A stretch of DNA of 64,000 nucleotides from Hypanus sabinus (lineage: Eukaryota): NCBI RefSeq assembly GCF_030144855.1, contig NC_082731.1, positions 11,160,001-11,224,000 of the forward strand. The letters run 5' to 3'. Position numbers and translations under genes: made by a program. The notes beneath the pieces were generated by a model. That model searched no databases, was not told where the DNA came from, and saw only the letters and a program-made list of their open reading frames with translations. This document shows positions 38,420 to 50,640 of this stretch, one piece after another. Within the stretch, counting starts at the first letter, position 1. Every line of letters starts with the position of its first letter.

Positions 38420-40875
38420 TTTCTTTCTTTCCTTTTTTGTAATTTATTTTTATTTGAAGTTCATCATCAGACAAACATGTCCATGAGATGGTTTTCAGCA
38501 TTGTACATATATATCATATAGTCATATATATCACAGATCTCCAGAGAATATTTATCTGAGGTATACACTTGTAGAAAAGAGTGGAAAGAAAACAACAAGC
38601 AAAAGGAAAGAACTTTGTACAAGTAGGGAATGATCTTTTTTTACAACATATTCATTGATTTGTGAGAATAAAGTCAGTCCTAAGAGGCAATATGTAGTTA
38701 AGCCATTTTTTTCCCATTATGAATCAAATCGTTCCAGCTTATGATTAACAGATGCTGTTATCTTCTCCATTTTGTAAATGTTCATTGTAATTTCCATCCA
38801 TGTATTTAAAGTTGGGCTCTCCTGTGATAACCATTTCCCAGTAAGAGTCTTTTACCAGCCACCAACAGTATATTCATTAAATATGTATCTCTTTTCAAGC
38901 ATTCTTGAGGTATATATCCAAAATATATAGTCTTACTCTCTAAGGGTATTTCACATTTAAAGATATCTTGCAGGGCATTGTGTACCCCCTCCAATAGTCT
39001 TTTGATAACAGGGCAGTCCCAAAAATTATGATAATGATTTGCATTTTGATTCCCACAATTTCTCCAGCAAACAGGGAGTTTACTATCATGATGGGATTTC
39101 TGAGAGGTTGTAATAAAATATCTTATCAAGTTTTTCCATCCAAACTCCCTCCATTTCTGTGAACTGGAACACTTCGATTGATACCTCCATATTATTGTCC
39201 ATTCTTCCGCAGATATAATTATCCCTCCTTCCTTCTCCAATTTTGTTTTAATGTATGAAGTCGAATGTGTTTTAAGATTTGACAACCCCTTATAGATGCT
39301 TGAAATGATTCTACTACCATTATCTGAATTATATGCTTTTCTAAATAGCTCTACCAAGCATATATTTGCCTTGGTTACATTTTAAGCGTCTTATTACCAT
39401 ATTGTCGCATCTGTAAATACCAATAAGAATCTTGTTCTTCTAATAAGTGTTTCTCTTTAAGCATTTCAAAACGGAACAGTATTCCTTCTTTCATTATGTT
39501 GCAAAGAACTGTTATTCCTTTAGCTGTCCAGTCCTTCAATCTAGCATCCAATTTATTTGGTATAAAATCCGAGTCATATGCACACCATTTAAGAATTGCA
39601 ATATCTCCCTCGAGATTATATTCTTTTATAGTAGTTTTCCATATTTTAACAGTTAATTTCACCCATGGGTTATCAATAGTATTAATGTACCTTTGCAGGT
39701 TATCAGTCACAATTGCTTGTATGAGGATGGGAAGTACCCGCTCCTCAATGTTTTTGCATTGAGCATCACATGTGGGTTGCACGAACATATCACAGCTTTC
39801 AATTGTGCTGCAAAATAATAATCTCTAAGAGAAGGAAGGCCCCATCCACACTTTTCCTTTGCTAATTGCAAAGTTTTGAGACGAACTCTAGGCCTTTTAC
39901 GTTGCCAAATATAGCTTGATAACATCTTGTTCCATTATTGAATTGATTTTGATTAATCTCTATTGGTAGGGTCTGAAAGAGATATAACAGTCTGGGCAGT
40001 ATATTCATTTTAATAGACTCAATCCTTGAACTGAGACTGAAAAAAGGAATCAGATTCCATCTTGCCATATCTTCCTTATTTTTTTACATAAACGCTGAAA
40101 ATTACTTCTGATAATTTTGCCAAATCTCTTGGCATAATGATGCCCAAATATTTGAAAGACTCTATGTGTCAGGCCCAGGGGTACCTACTTTCAATTTCTC
40201 TTGGTAGGCTATAGTAATATGAAAGTAATTGGGTTTTATCTATGTTGATCTTGTATCCTGATAATTGACCATATTGTTCAAAGGATTGCATCAATTTATG
40301 TAAAGAGTATGTTGGTTGCCCTTGATAGATCAAAATGTCATCCGTATAACAAGCCTATTTATTCTCTGTCCCTTTAATAGTAATTCCCCTGATATCTTCA
40401 TTTTGTCTGACGTATTGAGCTAATGGTTTCAGATATAATGCGAAGAGTAGCGGTGATCATGCACAACCCTGTCTCGTGCCCCTTTCTAGGGTAAGACTAT
40501 TTGATAAATATCCATTGATTTTAAGCCTAGCAGTAGGATTGTCATATTGCGTCTGTATAGTTTTAATAATTGTGTCTTAGAAACCAAATCTATGTGAAAC
40601 TCTGTAAAGTAAATTCCAATTAACCGAATCAGATGCTTTTTCAGCGTCCATGCTTATCACTATTGCTTCGATTTTATTTTTTGTATATGATCCATAATGA
40701 GAAGTGTCCTTCGTATATTGTCTTGTGCTGACGTCGTCGTATAAAACCTGTCTGATCGTTACGTATCAATATGGGTAGAAACTCTTCTAATCGTTTGGCC
40801 ATGATGGAGGTAAATAATCTATAATCTACATTAAGAACGGATATTGGTCTAAATGACCCGAATTCCATTTTTTTA
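38420..40875 (-). mobile_element. L1/Tx1-clade LINE, 5'-truncated (RT and C-terminal zinc-finger region)
   Basis: [23 protein letters not shown]…NDQTGFI, KMNILPRLLYLFQTLP, GWGLPSLRDYYFAAQLKA, CWRNCG…HNFWDCP peptides; AATAAA plus A-rich tail at ~38410-38455. Confidence 0.92.
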
Positions 40876-40879
40876 TTCT

Positions 40880-41870
40880 TTATACTTTATTGTCACCAAA
40901 CAATTGATGCTAGAGCGTACAATTATCACAGTGATATTTGCTTCAGCGCTTCACGTTCCCTGAAGTACAAATCGAAATAAATATAATAAAATTTGAATTA
41001 TAAATCATAATTAGAAAATAGAAAAGGGAATGTAAGGTAGTGCAAGTCAGGTCCATATATTTTGAAGGTACGGCCCGGATCTGGGTCAGGATATGTTCAG
41101 TAGTCTTATCACAGTTGGAAAGAAGCTGTTCCCGAATCTGGCCATACGAATCTTCATGCTCCTGTACCTTCTCCCAGAGGGAAGGGGGACAAACAGTGTG
41201 TTGGCTGGGTGGGTCTTGTCCTTGATTACCCTGGCAGCACTGCTCCGACAGCGTGTGGTGTATAGTGAGCCCAGGGATGGAAGATTGGTTTGTGTAATGT
41301 GCTGGGCTATGTTCACTATCTTCTACAGCTTCTTCCGGTCTTGGACAGGACAATTTGCATACCAGGGCTGTGATGCACCCTAGAAGAATGCTTTCTACGG
41401 TACACCTATAAAAATTAGTGAGGGTTTTAGGGGCCAGGCCAAATTTCTTCAGCTTTCTCAGGAAGTAAAGGCGGTGGTGGGCTTTCTTGGCAGTGGACTC
41501 TGCTTGTTTTGACCAAGTCAGGTCATTTGGGATATTCACCCCGAGGAACTTAAAGATTTTGACCTGTTCCACCTGCGCACCCCCGATCTAGATAGGGTTG
41601 TGCGGTCCGCTACTGCCTCTGAAATCAACAACAATTCCTTCGTCTTGCTGACATTGAGGGATAGGCTATTGTCTGCGCACCATGCCACCAGGTTCTTAAT
41701 TTCCTCCCTGTACTCAGACTCATCATTACCCAAGACCCAGGTTCCGGAGCTTAGGAATCCGTTTATTCGGAATGATGGTATTAAAGGCAGAGCTATAGTC
41801 GATGAAAAGGAGCCTTACATATGCGTCTTTATTCTCCAGGTGTTCTAAGGAGGAATGTATTGCCGGAGAG
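40880..41870 (-). mobile_element. Rex1/Babar-type LINE 3' part
   Basis: KFLGVNIPNDLTWS…KKAHHRLYFLRKLKKFGL…FYRCTVESILLGCIT peptide. Confidence 0.88.
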
Positions 41871-41959
41871 ATGGCATCTCTCTGATATATGATAACGTAT
41901 ATGTACTTTAATTATACTTTGAACTTTGTACTTTGATGATCATGGTGTATGTAATACTC

Positions 41960-42487
41960 ACAGAAAAACTATGAGTAGGGCACTGCACCTCAGTATGGTA
42001 TGGCAATTGTCCCGTATCGAACTGCAAAGCACTCCAGCGGGTGGTGAAGACTGCTCAGTGGATTATCGGCACCGAATTGCCCACCATTGAGATCATCTAC
42101 CATAAAAGCTGCCTGGGCAGGTCGAAAAGTAGTATCAAGGATGCACCTCAGCCTAACCATGGACTTTTTACTCTCCTCCCATCTGGTAGATGATACAGGA
42201 GCCTCCGCTCCCGCACCAGTAGGCTCAAGAAGAGCTTCTTCCCTGAGGCTGTGACTCTGCTGAACTTCACATCACAGCGCTAAACAGAATTGCACCCATA
42301 TTGGACTGTCTCAGTACTTTTATATTTGTATGCTGTAGCACTTACTTTTTTATTTACAGGTATTTTGTGAATAATACTATTCTTTCACACTTCTGGTCAG
42401 ATACTAAATACATTTCATTGGCTTTGTATCTGTGCTCGGCACAATGACAATAAAGTTGAATCTAATCTAATCTAATCTAATCTAATC
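41960..42487 (+). mobile_element. Rex1/Babar-type LINE 3' end with (AATCT)n tail
   Basis: LPSGR…RSLRSRT…KKSFFP-type coding remnant; caataaagttgaatctaatctaatct tail. Confidence 0.8.
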
Positions 42488-42789
42488 CGAAACGTTACCA
42501 ATCTGTCCATAGCACACAACACTGTATTTTATAATCTGCACAATTACAATTTTCTCAAACTACACCTGGCTGTTGATGAGTGTTGAGGTGCACTGAATGT
42601 GGGAATCAACATGGCAAGTTTACAGTGTGCCCGCTGAGATGAACCTGGCATTAGATAACATTGATCATTATGCCACTTTAATTCTCCAAGTCCACCCTTC
42701 CAATTAAACATCCCGTTTTACACTACGAGAGACGACTTCCGGTACCCGGTGGGATGAAACTGAAGCAAACTCGTGAAATGCGCCGTTTG

Positions 42790-43030
42790 TGTCAAATCAA
42801 ATTAGCCAGGGATGTGCTGGGCAGCCTGCAGCAATCGCTGTTTCCGGCGCCGACATAGCATGCTCACACTCACTAACCCTAAGCATAGGGCTTTGGAATA
42901 TGGGAGAAAACCGGAGCACCTGGAGAAAACACACACAATCACGGAGAAGAATGTACAAACTCCTGACAGACAGGAATTGAACCCCAATCTTACAGCCGAC
43001 ATTGTAATAGCGTTACGCCAAGTGCTCGCT
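42790..43030 (-). mobile_element. tRNA-derived SINE (V-SINE/HE1-like)
   Basis: Reverse of the gtgtgttttctccaggtgctccggttttctccca central motif, with a B-box-like ggggttcaattcc. Confidence 0.7.
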
Positions 43031-43135
43031 AGAATTACGTGGATAGGTGTTGGGTCCCGAATATTTATAATTAGTCTAAATGATAAGGACGAAGGAAATG
43101 TGGATATATAGAAAGAGGTTTGGAGAAGCAAAAGG

Positions 43136-43410
43136 CGCATCGTAACTCAGCAGTTAGTGCAATGCTATTGCAGCTCGGCCGGTCTTATTTTGGAGTTCGA
43201 TTCCGGCGCCATGTCTAAGGAGTTTGCTCGGTCTCCCCGACACCGTGTGGGTTTCCTCCCGATACTCTCTTTAACTCCTATAGTCCAAAGACAGACCAGT
43301 TAGTAGATTGTCCTTTTCTTAGATTAGGGTTAAGCAGGAGAGTTACAGGGTGGCGTTACTAGTTGCGAAATATGTCCTTTCTGTGCTGTATCTCTGAATA
43401 AAGTAAAAGC
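43136..43410 (+). mobile_element. tRNA-derived SINE (V-SINE/HE1-like)
   Basis: A/B-box-like head (ggagttcgattcc), gtgtgggtttcctccc core, ctgtgctgtatctct tail. Confidence 0.7.
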
Positions 43411-44279
43411 AACAAACGAAAACTAAAATAGAAACAACTGTTTCGATCTACCGAACGTGTGCAGAACTTGGACAAGTTTCTTAATCTGATTCAACATGAA
43501 TCCATTTTGGTTTATTCCCCTCCACAATCATATCAGTTCCACTCAAGTTCTATCATTGTTCTAAGAACTGTGAACAATATTCTTTTGAAAATTAACGAGC
43601 CAGCTGCACGTCTTTCGCTTGTTGGAGGAAACTGGAGCATAAATATGAGGTCCCTCTGTTATGATAGAGTCTCGTTAAAGTTTTCTTTTCTCTTCTAGTG
43701 TACTACAAATATTGGAATTACCTACATGCAGTAGAAGGATATTGCAATACATTTTAAAGGAGAGATGGATGTGTACATACAAAGCAAAGAACAATCACAT
43801 ATCACGGGTGGGGTGTGAAGTTTAGAGCTCATAATAAGACGGACAACGGTGAAGTGGAAAAGTAAGATTATCGACGGAATGGCCAGGTCCATTTCCTAAT
43901 TTGTATATTTGCATTCTTGCCTTGAATGTTCATGTCAGCGAAGGAGTCAGAAGGCAAGGGTGAATAGAGTTGGTGGGCAGATTTAATTAAATCGTTGGAC
44001 AAGTTGAGGGTAAATGGATAAGGAATCACATCCATAATGTTGCTGGGGTTATGAAGTCACTGTCTGAAGGGTGCGTGCAGGCAAAACCCGTGATCCCACT
44101 TGGAAAATTCATGGATCCCTACAGTTTGCAGGATGGACGAGGTTGGTCTCACTTTGGATACTATGGGGTTAAAAGCCTCATTCCTTCTCGGCCTTCTCAC
44201 GCCTGACTGCACTAGACTCTTGAGAAGTAACCTCTCAATCACCTGTGTACTTTACATGAGGTGGGCAAGTGAACAAATA

Positions 44280-47200
44280 TAAACGAGGAAGCGACAAGCA
44301 GAGCAGTCATTGTCTGAGTGGACCAGTGTTGGAGTAGGGAGGATCTGACTCACCAGGCTTGAGCGACAACACGCTTGGGCAAGGCAAGTATCTGGTTATA
44401 TTCTTCTTCTACAACCTTCCTCGGTTGGTACAGAGAGCAGTGAGGATTGCTCCAGGGACATGTTGTGATATTTATCTCAGAATTGGAACCCTGGAGTACT
44501 CCAGCCTTCTGGATAAACACATTTGCATCAGGTTCACCAAACAGCAGCTCCTCAAACAACGTGTTATGGAACTGGAGTTGCAGCTCGTTGACCTTCAGCT
44601 CATATGGGAAATTTAGGAGGTGAGAAATAGCATCTACAGGGAGTGGTCACGCCTAAGCATGGTGACTGTCAGGAGAAGGACAGAAAATCGGCAGCCGATG
44701 CAGAATACCTCTGTGGCTGTTCCCGTCAATAATANNNNNNNNNNNNNNNNNNNNNNNNNNNNNNNNNNNNNNNNNNNNNNNNNNNNNNNNNNNNNNNNNN
44801 NNNNNNNNNNNNNNNNNNNNNNNNNNNNNNNNNNNNNNNNNNNNNNNNNNNNNNNNNNNNNNNNNNNNNNNNNNNNNNNNNNNNNCCTACCAGCAGGGGG
44901 ACACCGCAGCATTAGGGTTTCTGGCACTGCATCTGCTGCTATGTTTCAAAATGAAAGGGGGCAAAAGAGGACTGAACTAGTGATAGGAACAGTTGAAGCC
45001 AGAATCTATGGGCACGATAGAGTCACCCGGATAGTATGCTACTTCCTAAGTGCAAGATTCAAAGACGTCTCAGAATAAATCCAGAAGATTTTTAATGGGG
45101 AAGATGAGCAGCCAGATGTCTTGGTACATAGTAACACCAATGGCATAGGTAGGAAAAGGGAGGAGCCCTGAAGAGAGAATTTAATCTGCTAAGTAAAAAG
45201 CTGAAAACCAGGACCTCTAGTGTTGGCCTGTACTCTCTGGAGTTCTGCCTGTGCAGTGAAGTTCAACAGTGAAGTTCAAAATAGGATGGTCTAGCAGATG
45301 AATGTATGGTTGAGGAAATAGTGCAGAGGCACTGTTTAAGATCATTGGGATCTCTTCTGGATGACCTACACAATAGGAGTGTCTTTGGGGATCAATATAC
45401 TTGCGCTAATGTTTACAAGAGCTGTTGAAGAGGGTTTCAACTAACTTGATGAGGTGATGGGAGACGATGAGATAGTGCTGAGGATGTGGCAGCTGGTATG
45501 CAAGCAGAGGCAGTGTGCAGTGGGATTTTCAAGAAGGTCAGATAGATAATTGGGCAAAATGACAGTCAGTGAGTTGCAGTGTAACAGGGGGACAAGTGGA
45601 AAAATGGTGACGAATACTGGACAGATGATCTTATATTTTAATGTATGCAGTTTGCGAAATAAGGTAGATGATTTGTAGCGCAGTGTAAGACTGGCAGTTA
45701 TGATGATGTAGGCATCACTGAGTCATGGCTAAAATAAGATTATAGTTGGGAGCTCAGCGTCCAAGGATACACATTGTATGGAAAGAACAGGCAGGTAGGC
45801 AGAAGGGATGGCGTGATACTGTTGGGAGAAAATGAAATTCAATCCTGAGAAAGAGGTGATAGAGGATCAAAGATGTAGAATCGTTATAGGTAGAGTTAAG
45901 GAACAGCAAGCGTAATAAAGCATGGATGGGAGATATTGCATTACTAGGGAGAAGGTGCTTGGAAAACTGATAGGACTGCAGGTGGATAAGTCATCTGGAC
46001 CAAATGGACTACAGCCTTCGGTTCTAAAAGTGGTAGCTAATGAGATTGTGGAATCTTTAGTAATGATCTTTCAAGAATCACTAGATTCTGGCATGATTCC
46101 GGAGGGATATAATATTGCAAATGTCACTCCACTCTTCAGGAAAGGAGGGAGGTTGAGTAAAGTAAATTATAGGCCAGTTAAGCTTACCTCAGTGGTTGGA
46201 AATTACTTGATTTGATTGTTAAGGCTGAGGCTTCGGGATACTTGAAAGAATAGTTTCCTGAAGGGAAAATCCTCACAAATCATTTCGAACCCTTTGAAGA
46301 AGTAGTGTCGGTATTAGAGGAAAGATACTAGCATGGACAGAGCATTGGCTAATTGGCAGGAGGCAAAGGGAGGGAATAATGCAGGTCTGTATTGGTTGGC
46401 TGTGGTGACCCTGGTGTTCTACAGTGGTCTGTTGGGCCGCTTATTTTTACGTTATCTGCCAATGAATTGCATGACAGAGCTGATGGCCTTGTGGCCGTTT
46501 GCAGAGGTTTGAGAATCGGGTAGTTTTGAGAAAACAGGGAGTCTGCGGAAGGACTTAGACTGATTGGGACAATGAGCAAAAAAATAACAGTTGTAATAGA
46601 AAGACGAAGTGTATGGTCATGCACATCGGTAGAAGGAATTAAAGCCAAGACTAGAATGTGAAGAAATTTCAAAGGATCTGTGGTGTAAAGGGACTTGGGT
46701 GTCCTCGTGCAGGATTCCTCTAAAGGTTAATTGCAAGTTGAATCGGTGATCAGGAAGGCAAATACAATTTTAGCATTCATTTCAAGAGGACTAGAATATA
46801 AAATCAAGGATGTAATGCTTTATAAGGCACTGGTAAGGCCTCATTACCAGTGCCTTATAAAGCATTACATCCTTGATTGTGAGTAGTTTGAGGCCTCTTA
46901 GAAAGAATGTGATAACATTGTAGAAAGTTCAAAAGAAATTCACAAAAGTGATTACGATTTTGAACGTCTATCACAGGAGCGATTATTCAGTGGAATTTAG
47001 TAAAATTAAGAGGGCGGTCACGTTGAACCCTATCCAGTGTGGAAAGGCCTAAATAATGCGGACAAGGAAAATATGATTCCTCTTGTGAGGGAGTCCAGAA
47101 TCAGAAGGTACTACGTCAGAACCGAGGGACGTCCATTTAGAAAGGAGATGAGGATGAATTTTTTTATTAGCCGGAGGGTGGTGCATCTGTGGATTTCGTT

Positions 47201-47340
47201 GGCATACACGGTGTAGAATGAGGCCAGATCCTCGAGAGTATTTAAAGCTCTGGTTGATAGATTCTGGATAAGTCTTTGCTTGCAGATAATGGTGGAGCAT
47301 ACCGATGCGCCGAACTGCCTAGTTCTGCTCCAGACTCATG
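44280..47340 (+). mobile_element. Degenerate CR1 LINE (ORF1 and ORF2 fragments) containing the N gap
   Basis: ORF1-like MELELQLVDL…PVAVPVNN; ORF2 SSGPNGLQPSVLK…NYRPV. Confidence 0.85.
44735..44884. other. Assembly gap (150 N) in the J-C intron
   Basis: Direct reading; both flanks are CR1 ORF1-like sequence. Confidence 0.99.
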
Positions 47341-49296
47341 GCCTTATGAGTAATCTTGGGCACCAACTGAGAGCGTTATTTGTAACGTCACTGGATTTAC
47401 AAGGGAAGGAAAGCTAAAGATAAAATACGTGCATTGAGTTTTTGAGATCAAGACAGAAAACCCGGGATGTCACTTGCCGAAGCGAAGGAATCTTGAGATA
47501 CGACTCGGAGATCAGGAACCATCCATTCATTTCATTGGACTGAATAACAGGTGCTGGTATCGGACAGTTTCCTTTTGATTGTCATTAGCACAGCAAAATA
47601 AAAAGGGCATTGATTTAGTTTGGAAGTATTCAATAAATTCACCTCCCCAATTGTTTGGTTATGTGCATGGAATCGACTGTGCTTGACGACGGAGAAGTTC
47701 CTTTCATGAAAATGATCAAAACCCGAGTGGAAGGTCTGCATTAATTGCTAGAGTATTGGGAGAAAATGGGCTGGGCAGATTGAGTAATATAACACAGCGC
47801 TACATACTAACAAAGGCGACTTTTTTACTTGCCTTATTTAAAAAGACAAAACACGTAGAGCTGGATTAGGTTCCAACAAAAATACAAACAAAATGAGATT
47901 CAGTGGATTTTTAAAACCAGCTCAGCTCGGACAAAGGAGCTCCACAGCATGTTAAAAACTAAGAAAGGTGAAGCAAACAAACAGCAATAAGTTGAAGTAA
48001 ATTGCATCAATTATGGGTAGAATTGCAAATTGCTTCCCTCCGCTTTTCTGGGTCAGACCTTTACCTTCTTTTGAGTTTGTATCGGGGGAGGAATTACTTG
48101 CAGGAACTATCGTTCTATTTATTTGATGAAAATTAAAACACGTTTGGCAGCAACGGTTCCATTGCAAACTATAATTTAGCATACCGTTTAGCTAACGGCA
48201 ATTTTATATTTTGTACTGCAACACAGTCTGTTTAATACCAATTTTATAATTGGTATCTTGAGCGATACTGAACGCCTGAACTAACACGTATTACGATCTG
48301 GAGTGTAAATTTTATTTGAACTGGCAATTGACTTAGAGGCATTCAGCGAGATGGTGGGGACTTAATGTTATCGTGTCCCGCTTTCACAGACTAAGTTGAT
48401 TATGTTATCATTCAACATTGATAACATTTATTATATTATCTCTTCTCGCCTTGCGATCAGAACCACCTTTCGCCTACCTCTCCCCTCCCTGAACACTCTG
48501 ACAATTGACATTAAAATATAACCAGTTATACAAGTCAAACAAGTCTGAGAAAATCTTTTTCATCCTGTACTTCCAGACTTGCACGGATTTTAAGTGGTTG
48601 TTAGAAGACGATATGTCTTTCTAAATAAAAGACATTTTCTTCTATTCCAGCAATGTATCAAGTTGTTTTCACTACGAGTTTATGATTCAAATTCCCTGCC
48701 AAGCATCAAATTAATAAAATACCGTTTATATTTCTAGCGACCCCTTTGTGTACTGAAACCTATTTCATCTTCAAACTTCTTTCGTAGTTGGGTTCACTTT
48801 ACACACTAAATCTTCATATATTTCAACCGATAAAGAGGTTTTCTCTAATATAGGTATCGCACGGCGATGTAGCTCGTGTCTGCGACAGTGGGAAGCTAAT
48901 CGGCACTCAAATATACAAGTATATGAAAAATCCATTATATCAATGTATCAGGTAACACTTTAAAGTTACTGTCGGGGGAGGCGTACAGCAGGTCGAGGGG
49001 AATTGATGCGCTTCGATTTGTAAAAGTACGCCAAGTTCAATTTTCTTCTTTTAAGCCAACGAAAGAATTATCTTGGGAGGAAAGGCACGTATTTAACTTC
49101 TTCTGGGACATCTCAGCGAGTTAGCATTTTTCTATTTGCAAAAGTACATTATGATAGTGCACTACTCCGTTTGCATAATTTAAGTGAGTTTTTTTTGTAG
49201 TTTCTTTTTTTATTGAAGTTTAAGTGAGATTCTAATTGCCCTTCTCATATGGAAACATATGCGCTTGCCCAAAATGTAATAAAGTATGTCACTTAC

Positions 49297-49336
49297 CAGC
49301 TATCACAGTCAGCTTTGTGCCACCTCCGTGTACGTA
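49297..49336 (-). CDS. IgNAR: IgNAR J segment (YVHGGGTKLTVIA, phase 1)
   Basis: xGGGTxLTV motif, donor GTAAGT at 49296, RSS at 49337-49375. Confidence 0.95.
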
Positions 49337-49375
49337 CACAATGATTTACTTCCTATTCATCCCAATACAGAAAGT
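49337..49375 (+). promoter_or_regulatory. J recombination signal sequence (23-nt spacer)
   Basis: CACAATG - 23 nt - ACAGAAAGT, read away from the J coding end. Confidence 0.88.
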
Positions 49376-49688
49376 GATCATTAAAAGTGAATTATAGAGG
49401 TAGGTCTTACAGAATAAGACAGAAACAGAAGGCTTAACAACATATTCTAGTGGTCAACAGGTCTCAATTCCATTCAGTTTTCATCCGCCCTTCTGTATAT
49501 TCGGTGCATTAAAAGGGCTTGTGATATTGAAACGGGAAATTTGTTGATTTAGCACCAAGGAATGTAGGTGGAATTCAACCCAAAGAAGAAGTGTCTTTTT
49601 AAAATTATGTCGAGCAACATCTATGAACGTAAAGGTACAGTTTGTAATCCCATTTACAAATCGACGAGCAAAACAAAACTGCCCCGGA

Positions 49689-49756
49689 GGTTTGTGCTAT
49701 GGCTTAGACTGCTGTGGCACTGTTTTGACACATCATTTCACGCGAGCACAATAACC
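49689..49756 (-). other. IgNAR: IgNAR D3 segment (coding 49717-49728, TCAAAACAGTGC) with 12/12 RSSs
   Basis: V side: CACATCA-12-ACAATAACC. J side: CACAGCA-12-GCACAAACC. The 12/12 layout is what is needed to join a 23-RSS J. Confidence 0.88.
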
Positions 49757-50066
49757 TCACTGTTGTAAATAGTGTATAAATCCGTCTAGTAATCCTATAC
49801 CTCCATGATATGAGGGAACTGGACATGAATGAAAAGTTTTTATTGGCTTCCGTCGATAATAACTCTCAGCCAGGCAGATATCAAGAAAAATATCAAAGGT
49901 TTGTTATTCATATGATTATAATATTTCTACTGCAATTACACAAGTATATAGAGTTAGGCTCCATTATGCGTACCAGTGTCTGGCAGAGGCAGTATGTTTG
50001 GCAGTGAAAAGTTTTAGTCGCTGAAGGAATGTCTTGCATTAGTTTTGCATTAAGAATTGCGGGGGA

Positions 50067-50145
50067 GATTTATGCATGATGGCGATTGAAGATTCATCAC
50101 TGTGGCACAGTTGTTGACACAGTCATTGATGCTAGTACAAAAAGG
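50067..50145 (-). other. IgNAR: IgNAR D2 segment (coding 50105-50117, TCAACAACTGTGC) with 12-RSS on the V side and 22-RSS on the J side
   Basis: V side: CACAGTC-12-ACAAAAAGG. J side: CACAGTG-22-GCATAAATC. Confidence 0.92.
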
Positions 50146-50323
50146 TTCCTTGTACATCAATACTAGATCATGTGGTCAAGACGCAAATTACAATCTTGCT
50201 TAACGCCGTTTTTATTCCGCACAGATACTTTTATCGCCAATAATCCCTCGAAAATAGCGTCTGCATTGTACAGTTCAGAAACGGGTTAGCAGTGTCCTTT
50301 CTCCAATTACCAAATGCATTGGT

Positions 50324-50404
50324 GATTTTTGAACTGCAGAGTCCATGCTTTGGATCACTGTGGCATTCTTTATCTGCACAGTGGTTCATTCAATAGCAAT
50401 AATG
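50324..50404 (-). other. IgNAR: IgNAR D1 segment (coding 50363-50376, CAGATAAAGAATGC) with 12-RSS on the V side and 23-RSS on the J side
   Basis: V side: CACAGTG-12-GCAATAATG. J side: CACAGTG-23-TCAAAAATC. Both heptamers are perfect. Confidence 0.92.
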
Positions 50405-50602
50405 GCTCGATTTGCACAACACTGGAAGACCAAAGTGACGCTGCACCTCCAGCTGTTCCCACTTGGATATGAGCGGCATAGTGACTGTCGCTAACGTTTT
50501 ATAAACCAACCCTCGCTCTACAGTGTAATCCGTTACTGCTCAGCAATTTTATTCTCCAAAAAACTGAAGCAATCATAGTTTCTCGCGTGAAAGATTTTCC
50601 AA

Positions 50603-50640
50603 CGTATTTGAATTGGCTTGTGCTCAACTTCGTTACTGTG
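50603..50640 (-). promoter_or_regulatory. V recombination signal sequence (22-nt spacer)
   Basis: CACAGTA - acgaagttgagcacaagccaat (22) - TCAAATACG, abutting the V coding end. Confidence 0.9.

Noticed and set aside
43907-43914. Extra octamers (43907-43914, 44521-44528, 24072-24079) as enhancer elements
   Set aside because: A few 8-mer hits are expected by chance in 64 kb of AT-rich DNA; one lies inside a CR1 and none has supporting context.
47643-47735. AG…GT-bounded 93-nt stretch in the J-C intron as a possible hinge exon replacing C1
   Set aside because: In the phase-1 frame required after J it hits TGA within seven codons; the acceptor is weak and the open frame has no hinge or Ig character.
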